From the NCBI GenBank assembly GCA_963762255.1, contig CAVXKA010000002.1, forward strand, positions 256,001 through 320,000: a stretch of 64,000 bases of DNA, in the 5' to 3' direction. The notes beneath the pieces were generated by a model. That model saw nothing but the letters and a program-made list of their open reading frames with translations, made no database searches and was not told where the DNA came from. Shown piece after piece: positions 10,505 through 21,080 of this stretch; the stretch's first letter is position 1; every line of letters begins with the position of its first letter. The DNA comes from Candidatus Eiseniibacteriota bacterium (GTDB lineage: Bacteria; Eisenbacteria; RBG-16-71-46; JABDJR01). The position numbers and the translations under genes were made by a program.

Positions 10505-11694
10505 GCGCGCCCTCCGTGCTCATGCTGATCCAGCGCTTCCGGCCCCTCTTCACAGGACACGGACTGCAAATCGAGGGGCTTGCCCGCGATCTCCACGCTC
10601 GCGGTGCGCGCGTGGAGATCCTCACGCGCTGCACGGAGGGGGCGCCGAAGTTCGAGGAGGGTCCGATTCCGGTACGCCGGTTCGCGATGACTCCCACCAG
10701 CAATCCCGTCCGCCTGTGGTGGGATCATCGATCGCTCCTGCGCTATCTCCACCATGCCCGCCACGACTTTGACATTCTCCATGTGCATGGAGCGCCTCCC
10801 GGGTTGCCGTTCCTCATCGGCGCTGCCCGCGAGGCGGGTCTCCGAACGGTGATCACGACGACGCTCCTCGGTTCCGACGATCCCCTCACCCTTCGCGGCC
10901 TCGGGCGGCTGGCTCGCTGGCGGTTCAACGCCTACCGTAGCGCCGACCGGTTCGTGGCCATCTGCCCCGCGTTGGCGGACACCTTCCCGCGCGCGGGCCT
11001 CGACACCGCGCGCGTCCGCCACATTCCGGTGGGGGTCTCGGTGGAGCGCTTCCATCCCGCCGCCGACACCGATGCTGCGGCGGCGGAATTGGGCTGGCCC
11101 ACCGATGTGCCCCGCGCTCTCTTCGTCGGTGCCGTGCTGCGGCGAAAGGGCGTGGACGTGCTCCTGGATGCCTGGGAACGGGTGCTGGCCGAGCTGCCCG
11201 CTGCGCGGCTCTTCATCGCCGGACCGCTCACGCTTCCAGGGCCGGGCGAAGCCGAGACCGCCGCTTTCGCACAGGCGTGCAGGGCTCGCGCCGAGCGCCC
11301 ACCGCTCGCCGGGCGCGTGCAGTTCCTGGGTTCTCGGGACGACACCTCCGCGCTCTACCGCGGCGCGCATGTCTTTCTGTTCCCGTCCCGCTTCGAAGGT
11401 TTTCCCAACGTCTTGTTGGAAGCGATTGCGTCGGGCACACCACCGATCACCGCGCGCATCCCCGGCTCCACCGACGTGAGCGTGCGCGACGGAGAGACCG
11501 GCTTCGTGGTCGAGCAGGAGGATCCGGCGACCCTGGCAGCGCGAACGGTCGAGCTGTTGCGCGACGCCGCACTCCGTCGACGCTTCGCCCTGGCCGGCCG
11601 CGCCGATGCGGAGCGGCGCTACGCCATGCCGGTGATCGCGGAGGCGCATCTCGCGCTCTACCGCGAACTGCTCCAAGGCGAAGGAGGGCGCTGA
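10501..11694 (+). CDS. Glycosyltransferase family 4
   Basis: GTG overlaps flippase stop (GTGA); RKGVDVLL and PSRFEGFPNVLLEAIASG (EX7E) motifs. Confidence 0.88.
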   Translation: MSAPSVLMLIQRFRPLFTGHGLQIEGLARDLHARGARVEILTRCTEGAPKFEEGPIPVRRFAMTPTSNPVRLWWDHRSLLRYLHHARHDFDILHVHGAPPGLPFLIGAAREAGLRTVITTTLLGSDDPLTLRGLGRLARWRFNAYRSADRFVAICPALADTFPRAGLDTARVRHIPVGVSVERFHPAADTDAAAAELGWPTDVPRALFVGAVLRRKGVDVLLDAWERVLAELPAARLFIAGPLTLPGPGEAETAAFAQACRARAERPPLAGRVQFLGSRDDTSALYRGAHVFLFPSRFEGFPNVLLEAIASGTPPITARIPGSTDVSVRDGETGFVVEQEDPATLAARTVELLRDAALRRRFALAGRADAERRYAMPVIAEAHLALYRELLQGEGGR

Positions 11695-11697
11695 ACG

Positions 11698-14186
11698 ATG
11701 CCGGTGGATTGGGCGTCCGCGGCGCGGTTCCTCCTCGCCGTCGCGATCTGGCTCCTCCCCGGTTGGGCGTTGGCGCGGGCGCTGTTTCGCGACCGGGACC
11801 CGCTCGCGCGCGTGTCGTTCGCGGCCGCCGCCGCGATTGCCGCCTCCACCCTGCTCGCTTTCCTCGCCTACCTGCTGCATGTCTCCGCCGGCCGACTTCA
11901 CCTCATCCTCTGGGGCGCGGCGGGAGCTGCGGGGATGTATCTCTTGCTCACCGCGCGCCGATCCGGAGGCAAGCCGCTTGCCGACGAGGACAACGCCACA
12001 CCCGGGTTCCTAACCCGCGCCGCCGCGTACGTCTCGCTCGGCGTTCTCGCCATCGCCGGCTTCCGCGGCGGGGCCACGATGCGCTTCACCGGCGACGGCC
12101 CCGATCACGTCGGCACGATCCGCGAGATCATGGCCTCGGGATTCTTCTTCCCCACCGAGGCGTTTCATGTCGGGGCGGGGATCCTCGGCGCGGACTTCCG
12201 CAAGGGCCTGCTCCATCCGGTGTATGCTGCGCTCTGTACGATCTCGGGACTCGATCCCGTCGATCTGTGGGCGCTGTTGCCGGTCGTCACCGCGCCGTTT
12301 CTCTTCGCAGCCGGCTACCTCTTCCTGCGGGGGCTGCGCCTTCGCCCCGCGTGGTCGGTGGCGGGTGCGTGGATCCTTCTGCTCACCTGGAACCACGGCC
12401 TCGGCAGCGGACTCCTCAGCTTCTCGCCTTACCCCAACCACGTGGGCGAAGGGATGTACTGGGCCGCCGCGGGATCGCTGTTGATCGCGCTCGCCGGGGG
12501 CTGGCGCGGGCGCACGGGATCGGAAGGGTCGGTGCCTTCGCGCGCGCGTGCGGCGTCGCTACCCTTCTCTTCGGAGCGGTGGCGGTCCACGCCATGTACC
12601 TCGTGTTCCTCGCGCTCTTCGGCGCCCTCCTTCTCGCCGCGGTCCTCATCGTGCGGCGCGCCCCGCGTGAGGAGATCGGTTTTCTCTTCATCACCGCCGG
12701 CCTCACCGCGATTCCGCTCGTTCCATATCTTCTCGTGCGGCAGAGCATGTACGCGCCCGCGAACCCAATCCACACCGAGCTGCAAGGCATGCTTCTCCTG
12801 GGGGACGGCCGCTTCGTGGCCGATCCGCGACGCATCTGGAGCGACGCGGGTCTCCTCGGGCTCGTCGCCTATCCTCTCGCGCTGCTCACCCTCGGGCGGC
12901 GGTCGCGCGCCGACCTCGGCGCGTTCCTTGTCTTCTGGGGAGCGATCGCAGTGCTCTCCTTGACCTTCAACCCGTGGTTCGTGCCGATCGTGCAGAGGCA
13001 ACTCACCTACCTCGTCTTCCGTTTCTTCTGGTTCCTTCCCCCTGCAGCGGCGGCGCTGGTGGTCGCGAACGCCCTCGGCGCGACGGGCGCGGCCTTCTCG
13101 CGGCGCACGCGAGCCGCGATCATCGTCCTCCTCCTCCTGGGTTGCGCCCCGGCGGTGCGCTCCGCGATTCCCCCGAGCTGGCTCACCGAACCGGCGGCGC
13201 GGCGCGAGGCCCTCGTGAGTCCCCTTCCCTGGCGAGCGGCGATCAACGCATTGGCGGCGCAGCTTCCCGCGCGGGCGGTGGTGCTCACCGATCCGGTGAC
13301 GGGTTACGTTCTCCCCGCCCTCGGCGGGCTCAAGGCAACGGCCGTCCTCGACCAGCACTCGTCCCCCAACGATTCGCTCGCCATCGAGCGGATCGTCCAC
13401 GCACGGGACGTGTTGAGTCCGGCCGTGCCCCCCGAGGAGGCGGCACGGATCGCGCGCGCCAGCGGGGCCGCCTACGTTCTGGTGAATGGACGCTTTACCG
13501 AACCGACCCTCAGCTTGTACATGACGATGGACCCGCGTGCGCTCGCCGAGCGGCAGCGCCAGCTCGCGGGTTCCTCGGCGTGGGCGGAGGTGGCGCGCGA
13601 GGACGGCTTCGCGTTGTTCCGCCCGCTCGCGCCCCCCGCCGGCGCGGTGACGACATCGGACTCGACCGCCGCCGGGATGACCGCCTTCGCCGGCCCCGTG
13701 CTCTATCGCGCCGCAGGTCTCGCCCTCGTGCGCGCCAACGTGCGAGCCGAACGCGTGGCCCTAGGGGACAGCCTCGAGGTGGACTTGGCCTGGACGCTCG
13801 CCGCCGGACCGGTGGCTCCCGCGCCACGGCTCGCCACGATCCGGCTCGACGCCATAGACCGGCCCGGCCGGGAGTTCGCCGCCGGGAAGCTGGGGCGCAA
13901 GATCCTGGAGCGCGTCCGCGGCGTACGCTATCGCCACCGGGTGGACTGGATCCCCGGCGCCGGGACGGGAGCCTCGGCGCTTCCCTCAGACCGGTGGCGA
14001 CCGGGCATGGTGGAGGACGACCGCATCGTCGTGCAGGTACCGGCCGGACTCGCCCCAGGACGCTATGCGGTTTCGGTGGGAGTCGGGACCTTTCCGAACA
14101 TGCCGAACCACACGCTGGCCGACTACTTCACGGACCGGGACCTGTACTCGGGGGTTCCGGTGGACACCGTCACCGTGGTCGAGTAG
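11698..14186 (+). pseudogene. Large multi-pass membrane protein (GT-C-like) with -1 frameshift near 12510-12530
   Basis: Hydrophobic ORF from 11698 loses sense at GGWRGRTG; hydrophobic text continues in the frame ending 14186; span 2489 = 3n-1. Confidence 0.7.
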
Positions 14187-14250
14187 CTCGAATCACTCCG
14201 GCGTTCTGGCGGCGAGCGTCAAGCTGCTCACCGCACGGAGCCGGGCGCGC

Positions 14251-16218
14251 CTACGACCGCGCCCCGCCAGGAATTCGGATCTCGAACACCCGCACCGTCC
14301 CCGCCGCGAAGACCGGGCGGTAGAGATCGCGTTGGGCCCTGAGACGATTGCCGATTCCCGGAAAATCGTTCTCCCTGGCCAGCACGTAGACCGGGGCGTG
14401 CAGCGCCCGAAGGGCGTCGAGCTGATCGAGGGTCAGCGAGCCCTCGTACACGTCATCCCGAAGCGCGCGGCGGCGCGCCATCTCGTCGACCGGATATCCC
14501 CATTGCTTCGCGTACGAGGGAATCCCCCAGTACTGCCGCCTGGGACCCCGTACGAGCACATCGGACCGATCGGCGGAGTCGATGAATACGGCGTCTGGAG
14601 GGGTCTCCTCGCCGATCCACTCGAACATCGCGCGTTCCTCCGCCGAAACCACCGGTGCTTTGGAATCCACCGCGAACACCGCCAGCATGATCGCGTTCTC
14701 CGGGATCAAGAAGAGACCCATGCCGACGATGAATGCCGCCCGCAGGCGGCGCGACCCGCGCAGGCGCTCCCAGACGAGCGGCACCCCGAGGCCTCCCGCC
14801 AACGCCAGCGGCACGAAGGCAACCGTCGTCAGCTTGTCATACTGGTTCGAATCGGGAAGCCGCCCGAAGATGCCGTAGGCCAGACATGCCGCGGCTGTGC
14901 CGAGAAAGAGCGTCGCGGCAGGCTCCCCCGATCTCCGCAGGCTTCTGATCGCCAGGATCGAGAGCAGCGCCACCCCCAGCAGGGAGACCGGCAGCGAAAG
15001 GACGTGGAGGGGCTCGAAGCCCAGGATTCCCTCCCCCGAACGCTCTCCGGGACGTATCGTCGCTATGAGGTACCGAAGGCAGACAGCGAGCGAGCCCGCG
15101 ACGAGTGCCGCCACGAAGAAACCGCGCCAGCGGGCACCGCGTGCGAAGAGGACGGTCACCCCACCTCCGAAGGCGAGCGCAGCCATGAGCGCGCCTCCCA
15201 CCACGACGTGCATGAGGATGGCGCCGGCGCCGGCCACCAGTTGCACTGCCGCGAAGCGCGGATGGCCCTCGCGCACGAGACGCACGCCCGCCTCCCAGGC
15301 GATGAGCGCCAGCAGGATGCTGTACGGCACTGCCGTCCCGGTGAGGAACTTGCGGAGCATGAAGGTCCTGCTGAAGAGCACCTGCAGCGTCTCGCTCACG
15401 TGCGGGATCGTGAACGGCGTCCAGGGCAGCATCCGCGCTGCCTCATCCATGCCCCGGACCTCACCCAGGAACACCGGCAGGATCTTGATCGGCAGGAAGA
15501 GCCCGCTGAGTCCTCCCATGCCCAGCAGTAAGAGGGCGCCACCCCAGGCCCCGGAGGCCGGGGTGAAGCCGAGGGCGATCCCGATCCGCGCCGCCATGAC
15601 CACGCATCCGACGGCGGCGACGATGTTGAGAAACGCCATCGCGTCCGGCGGGGTCATGCCGGTGGTTATCTGCAGCGCGATCAGGACCACGTGGAAGAAC
15701 CAGAAGTACTGGAGGGGCATCCCTGCGAAATAGGGATCGTCGGGAGGAATCCCCACCCGCTGGATCTCGGCAGCGACCGCGGTGTGGAACCATGCGTCCG
15801 ATCCCTGGCGCAACCACGGGTTCGCTACGAGAAGCGCGGCCACCACCGAAGCCAAGCCGAGACCGACGAGCCAGGCCCCGCGCCCAATGGTCTCTTCCTT
15901 CTCCGCTCGCCCCTCGGTCCAACGCATGACCACGAGCCCGAACCCCGTGCTCAAGACCGCTGCGTGCACCCAGACCGAGGGGTCCTGGTGTCGCAGATAA
16001 GCCAGCGCGGCCACCCCTCCCAGCAGGATCGGCGACAGTGCCGGCCCGATAATCCAGTCGCGCACGCGCGAACGCGGAGCGCCGGCGGCCAGCACCAGCG
16101 CCGGCCCGGGAAGCAGGAAGGCGCCGAGCACACCGGCAGGAGCGGCGAAGAGCGGCGGCAGCCACCCCCCCATGCGGGCCAAGTACCCGAGCAGCACCAG
16201 GATCAGGAAGAAAGTCAA
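14251..16218 (-). CDS. Multi-pass membrane protein, GT-C-like
   Basis: 655 aa, many TM segments, SDAWFH and PPDDPYFAG...YFWFFH loop motifs, soluble C-terminal domain. Confidence 0.7.
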   Translation of the reverse strand: MTFFLILVLLGYLARMGGWLPPLFAAPAGVLGAFLLPGPALVLAAGAPRSRVRDWIIGPALSPILLGGVAALAYLRHQDPSVWVHAAVLSTGFGLVVMRWTEGRAEKEETIGRGAWLVGLGLASVVAALLVANPWLRQGSDAWFHTAVAAEIQRVGIPPDDPYFAGMPLQYFWFFHVVLIALQITTGMTPPDAMAFLNIVAAVGCVVMAARIGIALGFTPASGAWGGALLLLGMGGLSGLFLPIKILPVFLGEVRGMDEAARMLPWTPFTIPHVSETLQVLFSRTFMLRKFLTGTAVPYSILLALIAWEAGVRLVREGHPRFAAVQLVAGAGAILMHVVVGGALMAALAFGGGVTVLFARGARWRGFFVAALVAGSLAVCLRYLIATIRPGERSGEGILGFEPLHVLSLPVSLLGVALLSILAIRSLRRSGEPAATLFLGTAAACLAYGIFGRLPDSNQYDKLTTVAFVPLALAGGLGVPLVWERLRGSRRLRAAFIVGMGLFLIPENAIMLAVFAVDSKAPVVSAEERAMFEWIGEETPPDAVFIDSADRSDVLVRGPRRQYWGIPSYAKQWGYPVDEMARRRALRDDVYEGSLTLDQLDALRALHAPVYVLARENDFPGIGNRLRAQRDLYRPVFAAGTVRVFEIRIPGGARS

Positions 16219-16458
16219 CGAAGCGCTCCCTTCGCCTCACGCAAGGCCATGCGCGCGAGCAACCCGAACAGGATAAGGGTTCCGTAGAGCTGGAGCGATA
16301 CCAGGAGGACGAAGGGGGGGCGCTCGGCGAGCGCCCCCATACGATAAACGACGTCGAAAAAGAGAACGCCACCCCAGGCCAGGTCCGGCCAAGAGCGCCA
16401 AGCCGATCGCGATCAGGGCTCCCGCGCGCAGCCCGGCGCTGAGGGCGGATTCGGTCAT
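16215..16458 (-). pseudogene. Small (~80 aa) membrane protein with +1 frameshift near 16380
   Basis: RBS GGAGGAG + ATG 16458 (MTESALSAGLRAGALIAIGLALLAG). Removing one C gives LAWGGVLFFDVVYRMG...LILFGLLARMALREAKGALR*, whose TGA overlaps the next TTG; span 244 = 3n+1. Confidence 0.65.
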
Positions 16459-16573
16459 GACTCCTCCGATGTCGGGCACGCGGAGTCGGCGATGCACATC
16501 GCCCGGATCCGCCTCACCTCGCGCCGAAAACGTGGGGTAAGCCGACGGCTGGATATAGTAGAATATGCCGCCC

Positions 16574-17599
16574 ATGAGTTCACGACCTGTTTCCGCGCGC
16601 AAGAAGGCCATGGTTACCGGTATCACCGGCCAGGACGGATCCTACCTCGCCGAGCTCCTCCTCAAGAAGGGCTACGACGTACACGGCTTGGTCCGCCGGG
16701 TCAGCGTATTCAATCGGCAGCGCATCGATGATCTCTACCCCGGTCCCCAGGCCGAGGGATCGCACTTCCAGCTCTACTACGCCGATGTCGCCGATTCCAA
16801 CGTGCTGACCTCCCTGGTATCCAAGCTCCAGCCCGACGAGATCTACAACCTCGCCGCCCAGAGCCATGTCCGGGTGAGCTTCGACATTCCGGAGTACACC
16901 GCCAACGTGACCGCGCTCGGCACGCTCCGGCTCCTGGAGGCGGTGCGTCTGGAAAGCCCGAAGTCGAAGTTCTACCAGGCGTCCTCGAGCGAGATGTTCG
17001 GCGCCGCCCCTCCCCGGCAGAGCGAGAGCACCCCGTTCGAGCCGCAGAGCCCGTACGGGGCGGCCAAGGTGTTCGCCCACCACGTCGGTAAGAACTACCG
17101 ATCCGGTTACGGTCTCTGGGTCTGCTCCGGCATCCTCTTCAATCACGAGTCGCCACGCCGTGGAGAGGCCTTCGTGTCGCGCAAGGTCACCCGCTCCGCC
17201 GCCCGCATCTCGCTGGGCCTGCAGGAGTACCTCTATCTCGGCAACATGGACGCCCGCCGCGATTGGGGCTACGCCCCCGAGTACGTGGAAGCGATGTGGC
17301 GGATCATGCAGCACGAGACACCCGACGATTTCGTGATCGCCACCGGCGAGTCCTTCACGGTGCGCGACCTCGTGGAACTCTCGTTCCAGCACGTGAACCT
17401 CGACTGGCGGAAGTACGTCAAGCTGGACGAGCGGTACCTGCGCCCCTCCGACGTGTGGCACCTGGAGGGCGACGCCTCCAAGGCACGCGAGGCGCTCGGG
17501 TGGGAGCACAAGACATCCTTCCGCGAACTCGTCCGGATCATGATGGAGGCCGATCTCCTCGCCGCACGCAAGGAGAAGGCTGCGCGCGAGACCTCTTGA
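16574..17599 (+). CDS. gmd: GDP-mannose 4,6-dehydratase
   Basis: TGITGQDGSYLA, YNLAAQSHV, SPYGAAK, FNHESPRRG; alternative ATG at 16565. Confidence 0.96.
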   Translation: MSSRPVSARKKAMVTGITGQDGSYLAELLLKKGYDVHGLVRRVSVFNRQRIDDLYPGPQAEGSHFQLYYADVADSNVLTSLVSKLQPDEIYNLAAQSHVRVSFDIPEYTANVTALGTLRLLEAVRLESPKSKFYQASSSEMFGAAPPRQSESTPFEPQSPYGAAKVFAHHVGKNYRSGYGLWVCSGILFNHESPRRGEAFVSRKVTRSAARISLGLQEYLYLGNMDARRDWGYAPEYVEAMWRIMQHETPDDFVIATGESFTVRDLVELSFQHVNLDWRKYVKLDERYLRPSDVWHLEGDASKAREALGWEHKTSFRELVRIMMEADLLAARKEKAARETS

Positions 17600-18555
17600 T
17601 CACCTCGACGAGGTCTGCCGACTTCTGGCGCGGCAAGACGGTGCTCGTCACCGGGGGCGACGGCTTCCTGGGCGGGCATCTCACCGAGACACTCCACACC
17701 CGCGGCGTGAGCGCCGACCGCCTGCGTCTGCCGGTATTCCCCAACACCGACCTGCGCCGCCGCGAGGATTGTATCCAGGCCGTTCACGGCGCGCAGGTAG
17801 TCATCCACCTCGCGGCCAAGGTGGGCGGCATCGGGCTCAACAAGGAGCGCCCGGCCGAGCTGTTCTACGAGAACGCCCTCATGGGGCTTCAACTCATGGA
17901 AGAGGCGCGACTGGCCGGGGTCGAGAAGTTCGTCACCATCGGCACCACCTGCGAGTACCCCAAGGTCACGCCGGTCCCCTTTCGCGAGACCGCGCTCTGG
18001 GACGGCTATCCCGACGAGGTCACCGGTCCCTACGGTCTGGCCAAGAAGATGCTTCTCGTGCAGGCCCAGACCTACCGAGCCCAGTACGGGTTCAACTCGA
18101 TCCACTTGATCCCCACCAACCTCTACGGCCCGCGCGACCACTTCGACGAGGTGCACGGGCACGTGATCCCCTCCCTCATCAAGCGTTTCGTTGAGACGGC
18201 GGAATCCGGCGCGCCTGAAGTGACGGTCTGGGGCACGGGGCGCGCCACGCGCGAGTTCATCTACGTGGAGGATGCCGCGCTCGGAATCGCGCAGGCCGCT
18301 GAGGCCTATGACGAGCCCGACCCGGTAAACCTGGGCTCCGGCGTCGAGACGCCGATCCGCGAGCTGGTGGAGCGGGTAGCGGCCCTGACCGGTTTCACCG
18401 GCGCGATCCGCTGGGACGCTTCGAAGCCGGACGGGCAGCCGCGGCGGTCCCTCGATGTGTCCCGCGCCCGCGAGCGGTTCGGCTTCACCGCGAGCACGCC
18501 GCTCGACGAGGGGTTGCGCCGCACCGTGGCCTGGTACAGGGAGCACCGCTCATGA
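17596..18555 (+). CDS. fcl: GDP-L-fucose synthase
   Basis: TTG overlapping gmd stop; VTGGDGFLG, HLAAKVGGIG, YGLAK, NLYGP, KPDGQPR. Confidence 0.92.
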   Translation: MITSTRSADFWRGKTVLVTGGDGFLGGHLTETLHTRGVSADRLRLPVFPNTDLRRREDCIQAVHGAQVVIHLAAKVGGIGLNKERPAELFYENALMGLQLMEEARLAGVEKFVTIGTTCEYPKVTPVPFRETALWDGYPDEVTGPYGLAKKMLLVQAQTYRAQYGFNSIHLIPTNLYGPRDHFDEVHGHVIPSLIKRFVETAESGAPEVTVWGTGRATREFIYVEDAALGIAQAAEAYDEPDPVNLGSGVETPIRELVERVAALTGFTGAIRWDASKPDGQPRRSLDVSRARERFGFTASTPLDEGLRRTVAWYREHRS

Positions 18556-18577
18556 CCGATCACGAGCGAGGCCGGGC

Positions 18578-19378
18578 ATGAACAAGCCGACGCTCACCGT
18601 CGTCATTCCCACGAAAGACGAGAAGGGAACCATCGAGCCGGCGGTCCTACGTATGCCGGATTTCGGCGTGGAGACCGAACTCCTCTTCGTGGACGGGAAC
18701 TCCCGGGACGGCACGCCGGAGGAACTCGAGCGCGTCCGCGCCGCCTACCCGCACAAGCGCATCAACTGGTTCACACAGGAGGGAAAAGGAAAGCGCGTCG
18801 CGGTCTGGCAGGGTTTCGAGCGCGCGTGGGGAGACGTGCTCATCATTCTCGACGGCGACATCACGGTGCCGCCGGAGGAGCTGCCGGCGGTGTACGAACA
18901 CCTTACCGGGGGCCCGCATATCTTCGTGAACGCCACGCGCTTTCGCCGCCGCATGGAGAAGGGGGCGATGCAGGCTCCGAACTTCGCGGCCAACGTGTGC
19001 TTCTCGGTCCTGGTCAGCATCATCGTCGGCAGGCGGTTCACCGACACGCTCTGCGGCACCAAGGGCATCTGGAAGTCGACCTTCCTCGCACTGCGCGACC
19101 GCGCGCTTCTGTCCGGTATCGATCGCTACGGTGACCACGAACTCATTCTTGGAGCGTGGGATCTCGGCTGCCGGTTCGTGGAGGTCCCCGTTCACTACAA
19201 GGCGCGGCTCTACGGCGAGGCCAAGATCGCCAACCAGAAGTTTTCCGGCGGGACCGCGTTCTTGAAGCTCGATCTCCTCGCGCTCAAGCGTCGGTGTTTC
19301 GGCCCGCGCGGTCCGTGGATGTTCGACGCGCGCGGCGATCAGGTGCGGGCGACGCGCAATCCCAACGAGTCCGCGTAG
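18578..19378 (+). CDS. Glycosyltransferase family 2
   Basis: VVIPTKDE, FVDGNSRDGT, ILDGD, DTLCGTKG. Confidence 0.88.
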   Translation: MNKPTLTVVIPTKDEKGTIEPAVLRMPDFGVETELLFVDGNSRDGTPEELERVRAAYPHKRINWFTQEGKGKRVAVWQGFERAWGDVLIILDGDITVPPEELPAVYEHLTGGPHIFVNATRFRRRMEKGAMQAPNFAANVCFSVLVSIIVGRRFTDTLCGTKGIWKSTFLALRDRALLSGIDRYGDHELILGAWDLGCRFVEVPVHYKARLYGEAKIANQKFSGGTAFLKLDLLALKRRCFGPRGPWMFDARGDQVRATRNPNESA

Positions 19379-20562
19379 CGCGCGAGCGCGGTCCGCGAGG
19401 CCTCGGCGTCTGCCGGCACAGGTCTCCCCCGCTCCCGCCGCTCGACATGGAGCGCGACGACGCGCAACTTCCCCGCCCTGCGTTCCGCTTTGAGGTCCGC
19501 GCGCGCCACGAGCCGCTCGCCGGCCAGGATGGGTAGGCAGTAGTAGCCGTAGCGGCGCTGCGGCGCGGGCTTGAACACCTCCAGCACCTGGTCGAATCCG
19601 AAGAGTCGCTGAACGCGGCGCCGATCCCAGAGCACGGGATCGAAGGGCGAGAGGAGGACTCCGCGATCGGCGCGGGGACGCACGGCATGGAGTCGCGCGG
19701 CCAGATCCAGGTCCGCGGGACGGATCCAGCCGCGCACACGGCGCGCGCCGTCGATCAGATCGCAGCGCCGGATGCTCCCCTCCTCCTCCAACTCGGCGAG
19801 TGCTCGGGTCAGGTCCTCGCGCATGTTGCGCAGCCGCCAGGTGGCGGCCAGCGTCCCCGTTTCGGCCCAGCCGTGTCCGTCCAGCGCGCGCAGGAGGAGC
19901 GTCCTCAGCGCGTCGCTGCGCGGCACCGCGACGCTGCGATGCGTCTGCGGGATGACGCGCTCGGCGAGATCGTACACGCGAAGGAAGCTTCGCCGCTCGC
20001 GCACCGCGAGATCGCCCGACGACCAGAGCGCAGCCAGGATTCGCTTGGCCGGTCGAAGCCCCCACCAGGGGCCGTGATCCCGCCCCTCCGTGTCGCTGCT
20101 TTGAATGGGGCCCTCATCGGTGATCTTCTTGAGGATGTCGCGCGCGAGATCCTCGTGACCGCCGATCACGTCCCCCCACCACGGGTGGTGCCGGAATGCT
20201 TCCCGACGAAACGCGAAGGTCGGGTAGAGATCGAGCGGCATCCAGCTCGCCTCATGCCCCCAGTACTCGAAGAGAGGTTCGCCGGGGCGCAGCAGCGCTT
20301 CGCCGAGCGGCGCGTGGAACCCGCGGAGGCGCGAGAGCAGCACGATCGCGTGACTGCGGGCGCCCGCCACCGAGACGCTGTCGAGTTGGAGATAGCCGAA
20401 GCGCGCGATCACCGCGGCGGCGGAAGCGCGGGCTTGTTGCTCGCCGCGCCCGGCGCCGGCTGGCAGGCCGGTCCACTCGGGCTTGAGCAGACCGGCGCGG
20501 GCCAGCGCGAGGCGCCTCGCCGCGGCCGTGTCCAGAGTCGGAACGGAAACGGCCGACTTCAT
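19339..20562 (-). CDS. ycaQ: YcaQ-family winged-helix DNA crosslink-repair glycosylase
   Basis: LQLDSV, FEYWGHEAS, LLSPFDPVLWDR, RRYGYYCLPIL. Confidence 0.85.
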   Translation of the reverse strand: MKSAVSVPTLDTAAARRLALARAGLLKPEWTGLPAGAGRGEQQARASAAAVIARFGYLQLDSVSVAGARSHAIVLLSRLRGFHAPLGEALLRPGEPLFEYWGHEASWMPLDLYPTFAFRREAFRHHPWWGDVIGGHEDLARDILKKITDEGPIQSSDTEGRDHGPWWGLRPAKRILAALWSSGDLAVRERRSFLRVYDLAERVIPQTHRSVAVPRSDALRTLLLRALDGHGWAETGTLAATWRLRNMREDLTRALAELEEEGSIRRCDLIDGARRVRGWIRPADLDLAARLHAVRPRADRGVLLSPFDPVLWDRRRVQRLFGFDQVLEVFKPAPQRRYGYYCLPILAGERLVARADLKAERRAGKLRVVALHVERRERGRPVPADAEASRTALARYADSLGLRVART

Positions 20563-21080
20563 TCCGACGCGTAGTCGACCAGCGCCACGATCTTGTGCCC
20601 GGCCAGGGGCTTCCTTCCGCTGAGAAACGAAAGCTCGATCACGAAGGCGAGGCCGACGACGGTGGCACCCGATCGCTCCACCAGGCGCGCTGCCGCCGCC
20701 GCGGTCCCGCCGGTGGCGAGCAGGTCGTCCACGATGAGCACGCGGTCGCCCGGACCCACCGCATCGGCGTGGATCTCCAGCACCGCTTCGCCGTACTCGA
20801 GGGCGTAGCTTTCCGCGATGCGCTCGGCGGGGAGCTTGCCCGCCTTGCGCGCGGGCACGAACCCCACTCCCAGGCGCCGCGCCACCGAGGCCCCAAAGAT
20901 GAAGCCGCGGCTCTCGATCCCCAGCACCGCGGTCACCCCGTCGTCGAGGAACGCCTGGACGAGGCGATCCTCCACGTCGGCGAAAGCGCGCGCGTCCCGC
21001 AGGAGCGGGGTGATGTCGCGAAAGACGATTCCAGGCTTGGGAAATCCGGGCACGTCGCGGATGCGCTTCTTCAGGTCCAT
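20559..21080 (-). CDS. apt: Adenine phosphoribosyltransferase
   Basis: [27 protein letters not shown]. Confidence 0.96.
   Translation of the reverse strand: MDLKKRIRDVPGFPKPGIVFRDITPLLRDARAFADVEDRLVQAFLDDGVTAVLGIESRGFIFGASVARRLGVGFVPARKAGKLPAERIAESYALEYGEAVLEIHADAVGPGDRVLIVDDLLATGGTAAAAARLVERSGATVVGLAFVIELSFLSGRKPLAGHKIVALVDYASE

Noticed and set aside
9028-11694. 888-aa flippase-GT4 fusion in the ORF track
   Set aside because: Product of a +1 frameshift; the middle is off-frame and the GT4 has its own GTG start at 10501
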